Virus record (IMG/VR): IMGVR_UViG_3300046314_000148
Span: 48,246 to 112,245 of that record
DNA length: 64,000 nt
Source: a virus
Reading direction: 5' to 3' (one strand)
Shown here: positions 49,923-59,293 of the stretch, one piece after another
Layout: every line of letters begins with the position of its first letter
How positions within the stretch are numbered: position 1 is the stretch's first letter
The notes under the pieces: generated by a model
What the model saw: the letters and a program-made list of their open reading frames with translations, nothing else
Told to the model about the DNA's origin: nothing
Databases searched by the model: none
Program-made: the position numbers and the translations under genes

Positions 49923-50645
49923 ATGGCAGCAAATAAAAGAGCAGGAAAGAAATCTCTTGCACAAAACGATTTCCTAGCACCTTCAGCACCGCTGATTGGA
50001 TCTGGAACTGACGTAGGAACTAGCCGTGCATACAATGATGGTGCAGTCTCTGTAACGTTCACACACCAGGGTGCTCAGGCAGCATCTTCATATACTGTAA
50101 CAGCGTCAACTGGACAAACTGCAACTGGGGCATCGTCTCCAATTGTGGTTTCTGGTATCGCAACTGGTGCAACACCAACATTTACAGTTACAGCAACGAA
50201 CGCTGCTGGTACCTCGGCAGCATCGTCTGCTACTGGTGCTGTTACCGTAACCACCGTTCCAGCTGCCCCAACATCTGTTGGTGCATCATCACCGAGCGGT
50301 GCAAACTACGACACAGTTACCTGGACAGCTCCAGCTAATGGCGGCAAGGCAATCACAAACTACTACGTAACTTCGTCAGATGGAAAGACTGCTAATACTG
50401 CATCAACAAGCGTTAACGTTACTCAGGAACAAGGAACCGCCCAGACATACACCGTATATGCTGACAACGCTAATGGAAGATCAGTTGCATCAGCTCCATC
50501 TGCTAGCGTTACAACATTCTCCTTTGTTCCATTTAGCGTTTTTAGCTTCTTCGGAGTATTTGGTTTTGGTCCATTCGGAGTATTTGGTTTTGGTCCATTC
50601 GGAGTATTTGGTTTTAGTCCATTCGGAGTATTTGGTTTTAGATAG
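49923..50645 (+). CDS. Fibronectin type III domain protein with Phe/Gly-rich repeat tail
   Basis: VTWTAPANGGKAITNYYV; FTVTATNAAGTS; tail (FGVFGFGP)n-FR. Confidence 0.8.
   Translation: MAANKRAGKKSLAQNDFLAPSAPLIGSGTDVGTSRAYNDGAVSVTFTHQGAQAASSYTVTASTGQTATGASSPIVVSGIATGATPTFTVTATNAAGTSAASSATGAVTVTTVPAAPTSVGASSPSGANYDTVTWTAPANGGKAITNYYVTSSDGKTANTASTSVNVTQEQGTAQTYTVYADNANGRSVASAPSASVTTFSFVPFSVFSFFGVFGFGPFGVFGFGPFGVFGFSPFGVFGFR
50550..50639 (+). repeat. 24-bp tandem repeat, 3.75 copies
   Basis: TTCGGAGTATTTGGTTTTGGTCCA units. Confidence 0.9.
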
Positions 50646-50686
50646 TCGGTATCCATTTTAGTGTATAATATTTCTTATACACTAGA

Positions 50687-51361
50687 ATGGAGTCCAGCAG
50701 TATGTACAAAGATCAAACACCTCTTCGGAGCATAAGTAAAACCACAAAAGAGCACAAGTTCTTTGAGAGATTTCTCGATAATGATCTAGAGAAGCTTGCT
50801 GCCGAACTTCAGGACAGATATAGCCTTATAGAAGATGCTAAAATTGCTGGGGTAACTCCAGTGACCCCCTTCGAGCTATGGAAAGATTCGAACAGCATCT
50901 CAACAATGAAATGGAGACAGTACAACGTCTTTCAATTCCACATCGATGGAATTTACGAGCTATATAAGTCAGTTGCAGAGATGGTCAGAGAAGCTTGTGA
51001 GTACTACGAACTAGACTTTGATGAGCAAAAGTTTATGATTCAGGGATGGTTTAATATTAACCGTTCTGGTAATGGAAAACTAAACTGGCACGAACATGGT
51101 GGCCCAGGTGCACCAGACTTTCACGGATACTACTCAGTAGCCGCAGAACCATCGTCAACACACTACATAGTCTTTGATAACGAAGTAGAAAATATTAATA
51201 AAAACAACCGTGCAATTCTTTCAGAAATGGGTCATCCACACGCAATGGGCGATTGGGACTGGGACGGTCCAAGAATTACCGTTGCTTACGATGTTACTCC
51301 ACTTGCTACCCTACAAAAAGCAGGCCACAACGCCGAGCAGCACTGGATTCCTCTTAGATAA
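50687..51361 (+). CDS. Putative 2OG-Fe(II) oxygenase-like protein
   Basis: QGWFNIN...WHEH...FHGYY...HPH...RITVAYDV. Confidence 0.65.
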   Translation: MESSSMYKDQTPLRSISKTTKEHKFFERFLDNDLEKLAAELQDRYSLIEDAKIAGVTPVTPFELWKDSNSISTMKWRQYNVFQFHIDGIYELYKSVAEMVREACEYYELDFDEQKFMIQGWFNINRSGNGKLNWHEHGGPGAPDFHGYYSVAAEPSSTHYIVFDNEVENINKNNRAILSEMGHPHAMGDWDWDGPRITVAYDVTPLATLQKAGHNAEQHWIPLR

Positions 51362-51362
51362 C

Positions 51363-51530
51363 ATGTCAAATGTAAAGCAGTGGATACTTGCAAAGAAGTG
51401 CGTTTTTCTCGGGCACTCTGTAGAGTATGGATCGAAATGCCCAGTTACTGGAATAGTCAAGATTACCTGTCTAAAATGTGGAGCATCGAATGTTCCAAAA
51501 CATGAAGACGCTGGTAGTAGGTTTAACTAA
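51363..51530 (+). CDS. Small Cys-containing hypothetical protein
   Basis: C...GH...CPVTG...CLKCG. Confidence 0.5.
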   Translation: MSNVKQWILAKKCVFLGHSVEYGSKCPVTGIVKITCLKCGASNVPKHEDAGSRFN

Positions 51531-51541
51531 AGAGAGATGCA

Positions 51542-52063
51542 ATGAAAGAATTAATTAGGTACGAAAAATCATTTATGCCAAAAGCAGACGCAGAGCTAAT
51601 CTCTGCCTACGCATCTAAGTACGATGACCTGTTTAATCATTTTGGAAATAATGAAAAAGAGTTTACAGTTCATACCCACGAAGAAATATCATCAAGGGAT
51701 CAGTCGGTCCTGGACTTGATAAATTACCACGCAAGAAGAGTGTACGACTTTGTTTGCGAAAACTACCCAGGACCATTTCTAGACTTTGATGAGTCAAAGA
51801 CTCACATAGCTAGGTTTGAAGAGGGCCGTGGCATGCACAAGCACTTTGATGCCAGCAAGCCTAATGATATAGCCACACTAATCTATCTGAATGATAACTA
51901 CTCTGGTGGAGAAGTCTTTTTCCCAGACCATGACATCTCTATTAAGCCAGAGGTTGGAGATTTAGTATGCTTTCCAGATACTCCAGATTTTGTTCATGGA
52001 GTCAACCCAATCATATCTGGAATCAGATATACGACACCTCGCTGGTTTACCCGTATAGTATGA
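51542..52063 (+). CDS. 2OG-Fe(II) oxygenase (prolyl-4-hydroxylase-like)
   Basis: HFD...LIYLNDNYSGGE..F...KPEVGDLVCFP...HGV..I.SG.RY. Confidence 0.9.
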   Translation: MKELIRYEKSFMPKADAELISAYASKYDDLFNHFGNNEKEFTVHTHEEISSRDQSVLDLINYHARRVYDFVCENYPGPFLDFDESKTHIARFEEGRGMHKHFDASKPNDIATLIYLNDNYSGGEVFFPDHDISIKPEVGDLVCFPDTPDFVHGVNPIISGIRYTTPRWFTRIV

Positions 52064-52078
52064 TAAAATAGACTTATA

Positions 52079-55000
52079 ATGTCTACTCTTTTAAGCCTAT
52101 ACACCTCAAAAATACTGAGCGAACACCCTCTTGCAGTGTGGGCACTAGAAGATAGTGCAGACTACGTATCTCTGATACCGCAGGACAAAAGAGATATGTC
52201 CACCTGGTCATCTGAATCAGAGTCAGTTGTGGTAGAAGAGAGTAGCGATCTCGAAAGTCCTATTAGTAGCGAAGCAGTTTATTCAGTTACAGACACCCCA
52301 TCATCTTCTGGAGAATCAGTAACTTTTAGGCTTTCTGGAGATAGCATCGGTAACTTCGATGGTTTAGACTCTAGCTTGGGAACATTCTGCGTATCATCAT
52401 GGATCTATGTTCCAGTAGGAGAAGTATTGTCGATAACCTTGGGAATCTCCTATACAGATGAAACCTATGGGACATCGGATATCTCAAAAAAAATATCTAG
52501 ACTAGTTAACGATAAATGGATGCTAGCATCAGAAACATTCGATGTTCCGCAGGGACTTTCGGAAAACTATGCAATGTTTTTAGAGGTAGAGTACCTTCCA
52601 ACAGAATCTTTAGATCCCGTAACGGCATTTTTCTCAGGGGCAATGGTTGGTCAGTGGTCAGAAGAGTTTTTCCCAACATCCATGGGGGTTCTCCCAGAAT
52701 TCCTGTCTGACGATATCCACGGCATTGAGAATACCACAAAGGGAATTAGGATCTTAGGATCTCTAGAGTCAACAGAAGATGGATATATTCTTGCTAACGA
52801 CACAAGGCTTTTTGCTAGAAATTTTGGAATGCCCCTTGTGTACGGATCGGAGTCGTCAACCACCATATATCCAAATCCCGACCTACCATCTATGCTAGTT
52901 CCAGGTCTAGGGTTTCTTAACAAAACTGGTCAAAACAAAAACTACAGCCTAGAATTCTGGATGAGAATTAATGCATCAACTAGCGTAGAAAAAAGAATTG
53001 TTGGCCCCGTGGCATCGACAGATGGCCTATACGTAGACGGTCCGTTCTTAAAGATAAAGATCGGTGAGCAGTCTAAGTCTCACTTTGTAGGCGAGTGGGC
53101 TAGGCCAATGCTGGTGCACATAGTCATAGCAGATCAAGAAGTATCTCTGTTGGTAAATGGGGAATCAGTCGCCAAGGTAGTCGTGGACAGATCTACACTT
53201 ACGTTTCCAGAAGAATTCATCGATAATGCTCAGGCAGACTGGATAGGCATTTATTCTTACGCTGACACAACACCATTTGAGATAAGCTCAATATCTATGT
53301 ATTCATACCTAGTCTCAGACATCGTTGCAAAGCGTCGCTGGGTCTATGGCCAGGCAGTAGATAATCCAGAGGCACTAAATACAGCATTCGGTGGTAACAA
53401 CGTATACTTCGACTACGAATTCTCCAAGTATTCTAATGGATATAGCTATCCTAAAACTGGTAGCTGGAATGACGGGGTAAGCAACAACATGGAGATATCC
53501 CGTACAAGGCTTTCTACTCCACAGTTCATGCCACCAGTAATTCTTTCAGAAACAAGCAATGAAAAGCAGATACTGATCGACAACCTAGAGTTGCAAAACG
53601 AGTCCGACAACTTCCTAACTATTCCACAAGACTCTAGCATTTACTTTAAGAAGCTAAACCCCCTAAACGATAAGCTAGAGGCAGTCTCTGCAGTTTTCAA
53701 GGTCACATCTAATGACTTTGAAAATCAAACTCTTTTCCTAATTAAAGATATTGTATCTGGCAACTATCTAGAGGTATTTGTTACTCCAGGAATAATTTGG
53801 TACTCCTTTATGTCATACGGACAGATAACGTCATTTGCAGCATCAGCCTATCCAGGCATAGGAGAGATCTTTGCCGTAGCTCTAGCATTCGATAACCTAG
53901 CATCTTATTTTGGAAATGACATATCTGCATTCCTTTCAAACAGAGACTCTCTAGAATTCTTTGTCGGTGGTGGACCAGATAAAGAAACTTTTTCGGGCAA
54001 GATCTATGACGTATCATTTATGAATTCATTTGCATACGCAAAGTCTTTTCAGCACTTTAGCTCAACAGGGCTTTTGATAAGCTCATCACCAATAAATCAG
54101 GCAGAAGCTTCTGGATATATTCTGCCAGCAAAGCTAACAAAGATTGATTCTGTGAATGGGGTTTGGACCTATGAGCAGCTAGTTGCAGATGGCGTCGTAG
54201 ACGGAGGAGACTACAACACAGATTCCTGGATAACCTCATATGATGGTGGATACGCAATGCAATACCTTGCATCTGGAATTATTTCTAACACCAACACAAG
54301 CTATTCCATGAGGATACTAGAAAAGGATGACACCATGCTCCTTGACGTATATTCTTATGGCTCTTGGACAACATCTTTGCCTATGTCTTATTTCGGAAAG
54401 TATGTGACAGATTCTAGAGGAAACAAGGCGTATGACCTAGACTTTATTCAGTTTAACGTCGGATATCCATCTCCTGGAAGCTTTGTTCGCATAACAGAAA
54501 CAGATGAGTCCTGGACGTATCAAGATTTAAGCCTAAAATTCTCAAGGCCTGTACAGAAGAGATATAGCGACCTTGACAATGGCCTATACACTGGATACAT
54601 CGACTATACAGATTTGCAATATAACGCCAGACAATCATACAGGTATGACACGTCTAGTTCTCTAGTTAGAACTTATGTGTACTTTAAAGAGGTATCTTCT
54701 GGAATGTCTAACTCAGAAAGCTACTACTCAGAAGTAGTCTTGCCACCTAAAGATGGTATCGTTTCTCCAGGGCCAGAGTGGATAAACACCAAGTACGAAG
54801 TGGTTGACGACATGATAGTTTACCCACCGACTGGGGTAGACTTCTCGAAGATGGAAATGTTCGTAGAGGTTGTGGCAAGAGTAGATGGCGTATCAGATAA
54901 GCCAATAGCCATAGACAGATTGCAGCTAGCCTCTATGTCACTCAACAATTCCTATGGAACTCCAATTGGTACAAAATTTGGTACAGACGTTTTCCCTTTT

Positions 55001-55816
55001 ACAAAAAATGGAGTGTATTACGACTTCAAAACAAAGAACCCATTCAGCATCTATAAGGGAAGCACCCCATACCTATATCTGAGCAAGAATAGCGGTATCC
55101 GAGTTAGAGGAGACTTCTCTGCAATAGGAACTCGTGGCATCGAGATCCCAGTAAATCCAGAGAAGTCGTCAAACTATAGAATGATTGCCCTTCAGTTCTT
55201 TGCAAAGTTTGATGATGATTTTTTCCCATACTCTCCTACAGAGATCTTGGAGATACAGTCACCATCAACACACCTGAAGTTCTTCATGGAGGCAGCTCAT
55301 CCAGAAGGTAAGAGAGCAAAGATATACGCAGTAAATGCCAAGACTGGCCAGGTAGAAAATGGAATTGGATTCTATATAAATGGAAAAATAGTAAAAGATG
55401 CTATCCTTACGATCAAGCAGTGGGCATCTGTTGGTATTGGTCTGGCAAGTCCTGTAGACTTTTCCGTATTGGGCGGCTCAGTTAGGATAACTGGCCCACT
55501 GACGATGACAAATATTTCATACTATAATGCTGTTAATCTGCAGCAAATTCAGAGTACATCTGCTAGACCTTGGTCAAAGGTTAAGCAAGACGGAATGCTC
55601 GAGATAGATTGGGCGTACTGGGAAGGACAGTTCAAGTGGTTCGAGGTGCTTGTCCTATCGTCATCAAGCTTCTACGGCATTGATCCATCTGGAATATACA
55701 AAACATATGCAGGAACTGCTCGGGTAGGAATAGACGATAAAACAATTTTACGTGCTGGTCGATACAGATATCGCATGCTAACTAGGGCAACGACGGATCT
55801 GTTTGTAATCAATTAA
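52079..55816 (+). CDS. Large virion protein with LamG/ConA-like domain
   Basis: ILSEHPLAVWAL; YSLEFWMRI...HIV...LLVNGE. Confidence 0.6.
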   Translation: MSTLLSLYTSKILSEHPLAVWALEDSADYVSLIPQDKRDMSTWSSESESVVVEESSDLESPISSEAVYSVTDTPSSSGESVTFRLSGDSIGNFDGLDSSLGTFCVSSWIYVPVGEVLSITLGISYTDETYGTSDISKKISRLVNDKWMLASETFDVPQGLSENYAMFLEVEYLPTESLDPVTAFFSGAMVGQWSEEFFPTSMGVLPEFLSDDIHGIENTTKGIRILGSLESTEDGYILANDTRLFARNFGMPLVYGSESSTTIYPNPDLPSMLVPGLGFLNKTGQNKNYSLEFWMRINASTSVEKRIVGPVASTDGLYVDGPFLKIKIGEQSKSHFVGEWARPMLVHIVIADQEVSLLVNGESVAKVVVDRSTLTFPEEFIDNAQADWIGIYSYADTTPFEISSISMYSYLVSDIVAKRRWVYGQAVDNPEALNTAFGGNNVYFDYEFSKYSNGYSYPKTGSWNDGVSNNMEISRTRLSTPQFMPPVILSETSNEKQILIDNLELQNESDNFLTIPQDSSIYFKKLNPLNDKLEAVSAVFKVTSNDFENQTLFLIKDIVSGNYLEVFVTPGIIWYSFMSYGQITSFAASAYPGIGEIFAVALAFDNLASYFGNDISAFLSNRDSLEFFVGGGPDKETFSGKIYDVSFMNSFAYAKSFQHFSSTGLLISSSPINQAEASGYILPAKLTKIDSVNGVWTYEQLVADGVVDGGDYNTDSWITSYDGGYAMQYLASGIISNTNTSYSMRILEKDDTMLLDVYSYGSWTTSLPMSYFGKYVTDSRGNKAYDLDFIQFNVGYPSPGSFVRITETDESWTYQDLSLKFSRPVQKRYSDLDNGLYTGYIDYTDLQYNARQSYRYDTSSSLVRTYVYFKEVSSGMSNSESYYSEVVLPPKDGIVSPGPEWINTKYEVVDDMIVYPPTGVDFSKMEMFVEVVARVDGVSDKPIAIDRLQLASMSLNNSYGTPIGTKFGTDVFPFTKNGVYYDFKTKNPFSIYKGSTPYLYLSKNSGIRVRGDFSAIGTRGIEIPVNPEKSSNYRMIALQFFAKFDDDFFPYSPTEILEIQSPSTHLKFFMEAAHPEGKRAKIYAVNAKTGQVENGIGFYINGKIVKDAILTIKQWASVGIGLASPVDFSVLGGSVRITGPLTMTNISYYNAVNLQQIQSTSARPWSKVKQDGMLEIDWAYWEGQFKWFEVLVLSSSSFYGIDPSGIYKTYAGTARVGIDDKTILRAGRYRYRMLTRATTDLFVIN

Positions 55817-55840
55817 GTATAATATGGTATACTAGTGGTT

Positions 55841-56215
55841 ATGAATGCTGAAAAATTTAAAGCTCCTGGTCAAGTCGGGGAATCAAAAATATCTATTGTT
55901 GACAAAGGATATGACTGGGGAATTTACTTCTGGAAGAAGGCCAACGGCAAGCCTTTTACAGATGGAAACGGTAGTGTCTTGAACATACCGTCTCATAGGG
56001 GTGACGCAATTCAGATTCATAAGCTACAGCAAGAGGCCACAGCCCTAGGTCAGGGTGATGGGTCCTATGAGTTCATGCCAGGAGTGGCAAGAATATCTGA
56101 AGATGAGTACGCAGAGCAAAAGGAGCGTATGAGTCAGGGATTGATCCCAAACCTAAATGACCTTGGAGCGGTAATGGCTGCAAAGCAAACCCTAGCAATG
56201 TACGGGGAAGAGTAA
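55841..56215 (+). CDS. Hypothetical protein upstream of portal
   Basis: ORF, leaderless context. Confidence 0.6.
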   Translation: MNAEKFKAPGQVGESKISIVDKGYDWGIYFWKKANGKPFTDGNGSVLNIPSHRGDAIQIHKLQQEATALGQGDGSYEFMPGVARISEDEYAEQKERMSQGLIPNLNDLGAVMAAKQTLAMYGEE

Positions 56216-56218
56216 GAA

Positions 56219-57862
56219 ATGTCTAATAACGAATACTACATAAGAGATATCGGACTACCAGAATTTGAAAAAGATGCTGACCTATTTAAGGACCAAGATC
56301 CATTCCTTAAGCAATGGGGAGATCTAAAAGAGCTAAACGGTATAGAGAAAAACTTTAAGCGTAGATCAGACAGAATTGAAAAGGCAGACTATGCCATTGA
56401 CACAACCGTTGGATACAACAACGTAGACATTAATGACATTGGTTACCAAGACAGTGCTTTAGCAATTAACCGTGGTATTAATGGTGCAACATCAAAGGAA
56501 ATTAACCCAGGTAGAGTATACCGAAATGGTTACGGTATTTTCGATGTTATAACACCACCATGGAACCTATACGAGCTAGCAAATTACTACGATACATCAT
56601 TCGCTAACCACGCAGCAATTGACGCTAAGGTGGAAAACATCGTTGGATTGGGGCATGACTTCCTTCCGACAAAGCGTACAGAGATGGCCCTAGAGGGCTC
56701 AACAAACTCATCAGCTACAGAGAAGGCTCGCAAGCGTATCGAAAGAGCCAAGTATGAGCTGCACGACTGGTCAGAGTCACTCAACGACGACGACTCATTC
56801 ACCAACACCCTAATGAAGTTTTACACCGATGTTCAGGCAACTGGTAACGGCTACCTAGAAATCGGCAGAACAGTAACTGGAGAAATTGGTTATGTTGGCC
56901 ACATTCCTGCAACGACAATGCGTGTACGCAGACTAAAGGATGGCTACATTCAGATCATTGGAAACAAGGTCGTTTACTTCCGTAACTTCGGGGCAAAGAA
57001 CCAGAACCCAATAACCAATGATCCACGTCCAAATGAGATTATCCACTACAAGGAATACTCTCCACTAAACACTTTTTATGGTGTTCCAGATATTATGTCT
57101 GCAATATCATCACTTCACGGAGATGCTCTGGCATCACAGTACAACATTGACTACTTCACCAACAAGGGTGTCCCACGCTACATCGTGACCTTGAAGGGTG
57201 CAAAGCTCTCTGAGGAAGCAGAGGACAAGATGTTCCGATTCCTACAGACAAGCCTCAAGGGGTCTAACCACAGAACCCTATACATTCCACTTCCTGGAGA
57301 CTCAGACACCAATAAGGTAGAGTTTAAGATGGAGGCTGTTGAGAACGGCACACAAGAAGCCTCATTCAACGAATACCGAATTAGGAACCGTGACGACATT
57401 CTAGTTGCACACCAGGTTCCTCTATCTAAGATCGGTGGCGGAGACTCTTCTGCTATCGCTGCAGCTTTGGCTCAGGATAGAACATTCAAGGAGCAGGTTG
57501 CAAGACCTGCACAGCGTAACCTGGAAAAGGCAATTAATAAAATTATTAAAGAGAAGACAGATCTTCTAGAGTTTAAGCTCAACGAACTAACCCTTACTGA
57601 CGAAATTGCTCAATCTCAGATTATCGAGAGATATGTTAAGAACCAGGTGATCACTAAGAATGAAGCTAGAATTCAGCTTGGCTTGCCACAGCATGAAGAA
57701 GGTGACGAGTTCTTGGATCTATCTCCAAGACAGGCAACAGATGCAAGGGCTAACATGGCAGGTAACCGTGCAAGAGATTCAGAAAGAGCAAACAACTCTT
57801 CTGACAACACTGCTACAATTTCTGGCAGAAATGCTCAGGGAGAGGGCCGCTCCTCACAATAA
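56219..57862 (+). CDS. Portal protein
   Basis: GNGYLEI.R, EIIHYK, FYGVP, YF.N.GVP, NEAR..LGLP. Confidence 0.9.
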   Translation: MSNNEYYIRDIGLPEFEKDADLFKDQDPFLKQWGDLKELNGIEKNFKRRSDRIEKADYAIDTTVGYNNVDINDIGYQDSALAINRGINGATSKEINPGRVYRNGYGIFDVITPPWNLYELANYYDTSFANHAAIDAKVENIVGLGHDFLPTKRTEMALEGSTNSSATEKARKRIERAKYELHDWSESLNDDDSFTNTLMKFYTDVQATGNGYLEIGRTVTGEIGYVGHIPATTMRVRRLKDGYIQIIGNKVVYFRNFGAKNQNPITNDPRPNEIIHYKEYSPLNTFYGVPDIMSAISSLHGDALASQYNIDYFTNKGVPRYIVTLKGAKLSEEAEDKMFRFLQTSLKGSNHRTLYIPLPGDSDTNKVEFKMEAVENGTQEASFNEYRIRNRDDILVAHQVPLSKIGGGDSSAIAAALAQDRTFKEQVARPAQRNLEKAINKIIKEKTDLLEFKLNELTLTDEIAQSQIIERYVKNQVITKNEARIQLGLPQHEEGDEFLDLSPRQATDARANMAGNRARDSERANNSSDNTATISGRNAQGEGRSSQ

Positions 57863-57931
57863 AAAAGTTATTAACAGGGTTATCCACATTTAATAACATT
57901 TTTTAGAAAAAGGGGGTATAATTAAACTACC

Positions 57932-59266
57932 ATGACTATCGCTAAAGCACATTGGGATTCAGAGGGTGAGAATGTTCGCCTATCTATGCCCTTCAGTAAA
58001 GTAGACAAAGAACGTCGCATCGTTTCTGGATTTGCTACACTTGACAACGTTGATCGCCAGAAGGACATCGTCACTTCTGAAGCGTCAGTAAAGGCCTTCT
58101 CAAAGTTCCGTGGGAACATCCGAGAAATGCACCAACCACTAGCTGTTGGTAAGATGGTAGCTTTCAAGGAAGACAAGTACTTCGACCCAGAGTCGAAGAA
58201 ATTTTACTCTGGAGTATATGTTTCTGCATATGTTTCCAAGGGTGCACAGGACACCTGGGAGAAGGTACTTGATGGTACCCTTTCAGGTTTTTCAATTGGC
58301 GGTAGAATGAACAAGTGGGATGATGCCTACGACGAGAAGATGGATTCAACCATCCGCATCATTAAAGAGTATGACCTCGTAGAGCTGTCTCTAGTAGACA
58401 CCCCAGCCAACCAGTTCGCAAACATTTTGTCTGTCGAGAAGGTTGACGGCAAGGACACCGTTAAGGGTGTTGACACAGAAATTGAAAACGTATTCTGGGA
58501 CAAAGAGTCTGGCGTAGTAATCCTCTCACAGAATGAAGCTGAGAAGTCTCCAGCTTCTGGGGAGCCAATGCAAAATATAGGTTTCGTTGAAAAAAATGAT
58601 AACGAAAAAACAGATATGATAAAGTTCTTAGTTGATAGTGCTAAAGGCATTAATACAATTGAGATTATTAAGGAGGCAAGTCCTATGACTGAAACAACAA
58701 ATGACATCACAGAAAAGTCTGATGATGTAGTTGAAGAATCACAGGTCGCTCCAGAGGCAGATGCAGCAGTTGAAGCAGCAGATGTGGCAGTAGAGAAGTC
58801 AGCAGACGCTGACGAGGATGACAAGCCTGGTTCTACCGTACCTGAAGAGGCAGACGACATGTCTGGCGAAGAGGACGACAAGAAGGAAACAGAGAAGTCA
58901 GACACTACTGATGCAGAAGTTGAGACAGCTGAGGAAGTATCTAAGTCAGATGACACAGTAGAAGCATCTATCGAAGATGTTAAGACTGTCATCACAAAGG
59001 CCTTTAGCGATCTAACTGCAGTAGTTCAGGCACAAGCTGAGCAAATTGCAGAACTACACAAGTCTATTACTGAAGTAAAGAATGAGGTAACTTCAAGTAA
59101 AGACGTGTTTAACGAGTTTGGAAAGAGAGTGGACGCTGTTGAAGCTGACACTGCTTTCCGTAAATCTGGTGATCTAGGCGAGATCATTCAGGAATCTCAA
59201 CCAGAAAAGGTTGAGAAATCCCTATGGGGCGGTCGTTTCCTCAAAACTGCCGATTTATTCAAATAA
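57932..59266 (+). CDS. Prohead protease with acidic scaffold-like C-terminus
   Basis: IVSGFAT...DRQKD, REMH, GFSIGG, ELSLVDTPAN. Confidence 0.9.
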   Translation: MTIAKAHWDSEGENVRLSMPFSKVDKERRIVSGFATLDNVDRQKDIVTSEASVKAFSKFRGNIREMHQPLAVGKMVAFKEDKYFDPESKKFYSGVYVSAYVSKGAQDTWEKVLDGTLSGFSIGGRMNKWDDAYDEKMDSTIRIIKEYDLVELSLVDTPANQFANILSVEKVDGKDTVKGVDTEIENVFWDKESGVVILSQNEAEKSPASGEPMQNIGFVEKNDNEKTDMIKFLVDSAKGINTIEIIKEASPMTETTNDITEKSDDVVEESQVAPEADAAVEAADVAVEKSADADEDDKPGSTVPEEADDMSGEEDDKKETEKSDTTDAEVETAEEVSKSDDTVEASIEDVKTVITKAFSDLTAVVQAQAEQIAELHKSITEVKNEVTSSKDVFNEFGKRVDAVEADTAFRKSGDLGEIIQESQPEKVEKSLWGGRFLKTADLFK

Positions 59267-59293
59267 ATAAAAATCACTTAGGAGGTGACAATT

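Noticed and set aside
50550-50639. CRISPR-like 24-bp repeats
   Set aside because: Head-to-tail with no spacers, in frame within a CDS.
58327-58995. Long antisense ORFs (also 1174-1467, 3517-3861, 46651-46896, 56587-56808 etc.)
   Set aside because: Shadows of well-supported genes on the other strand.
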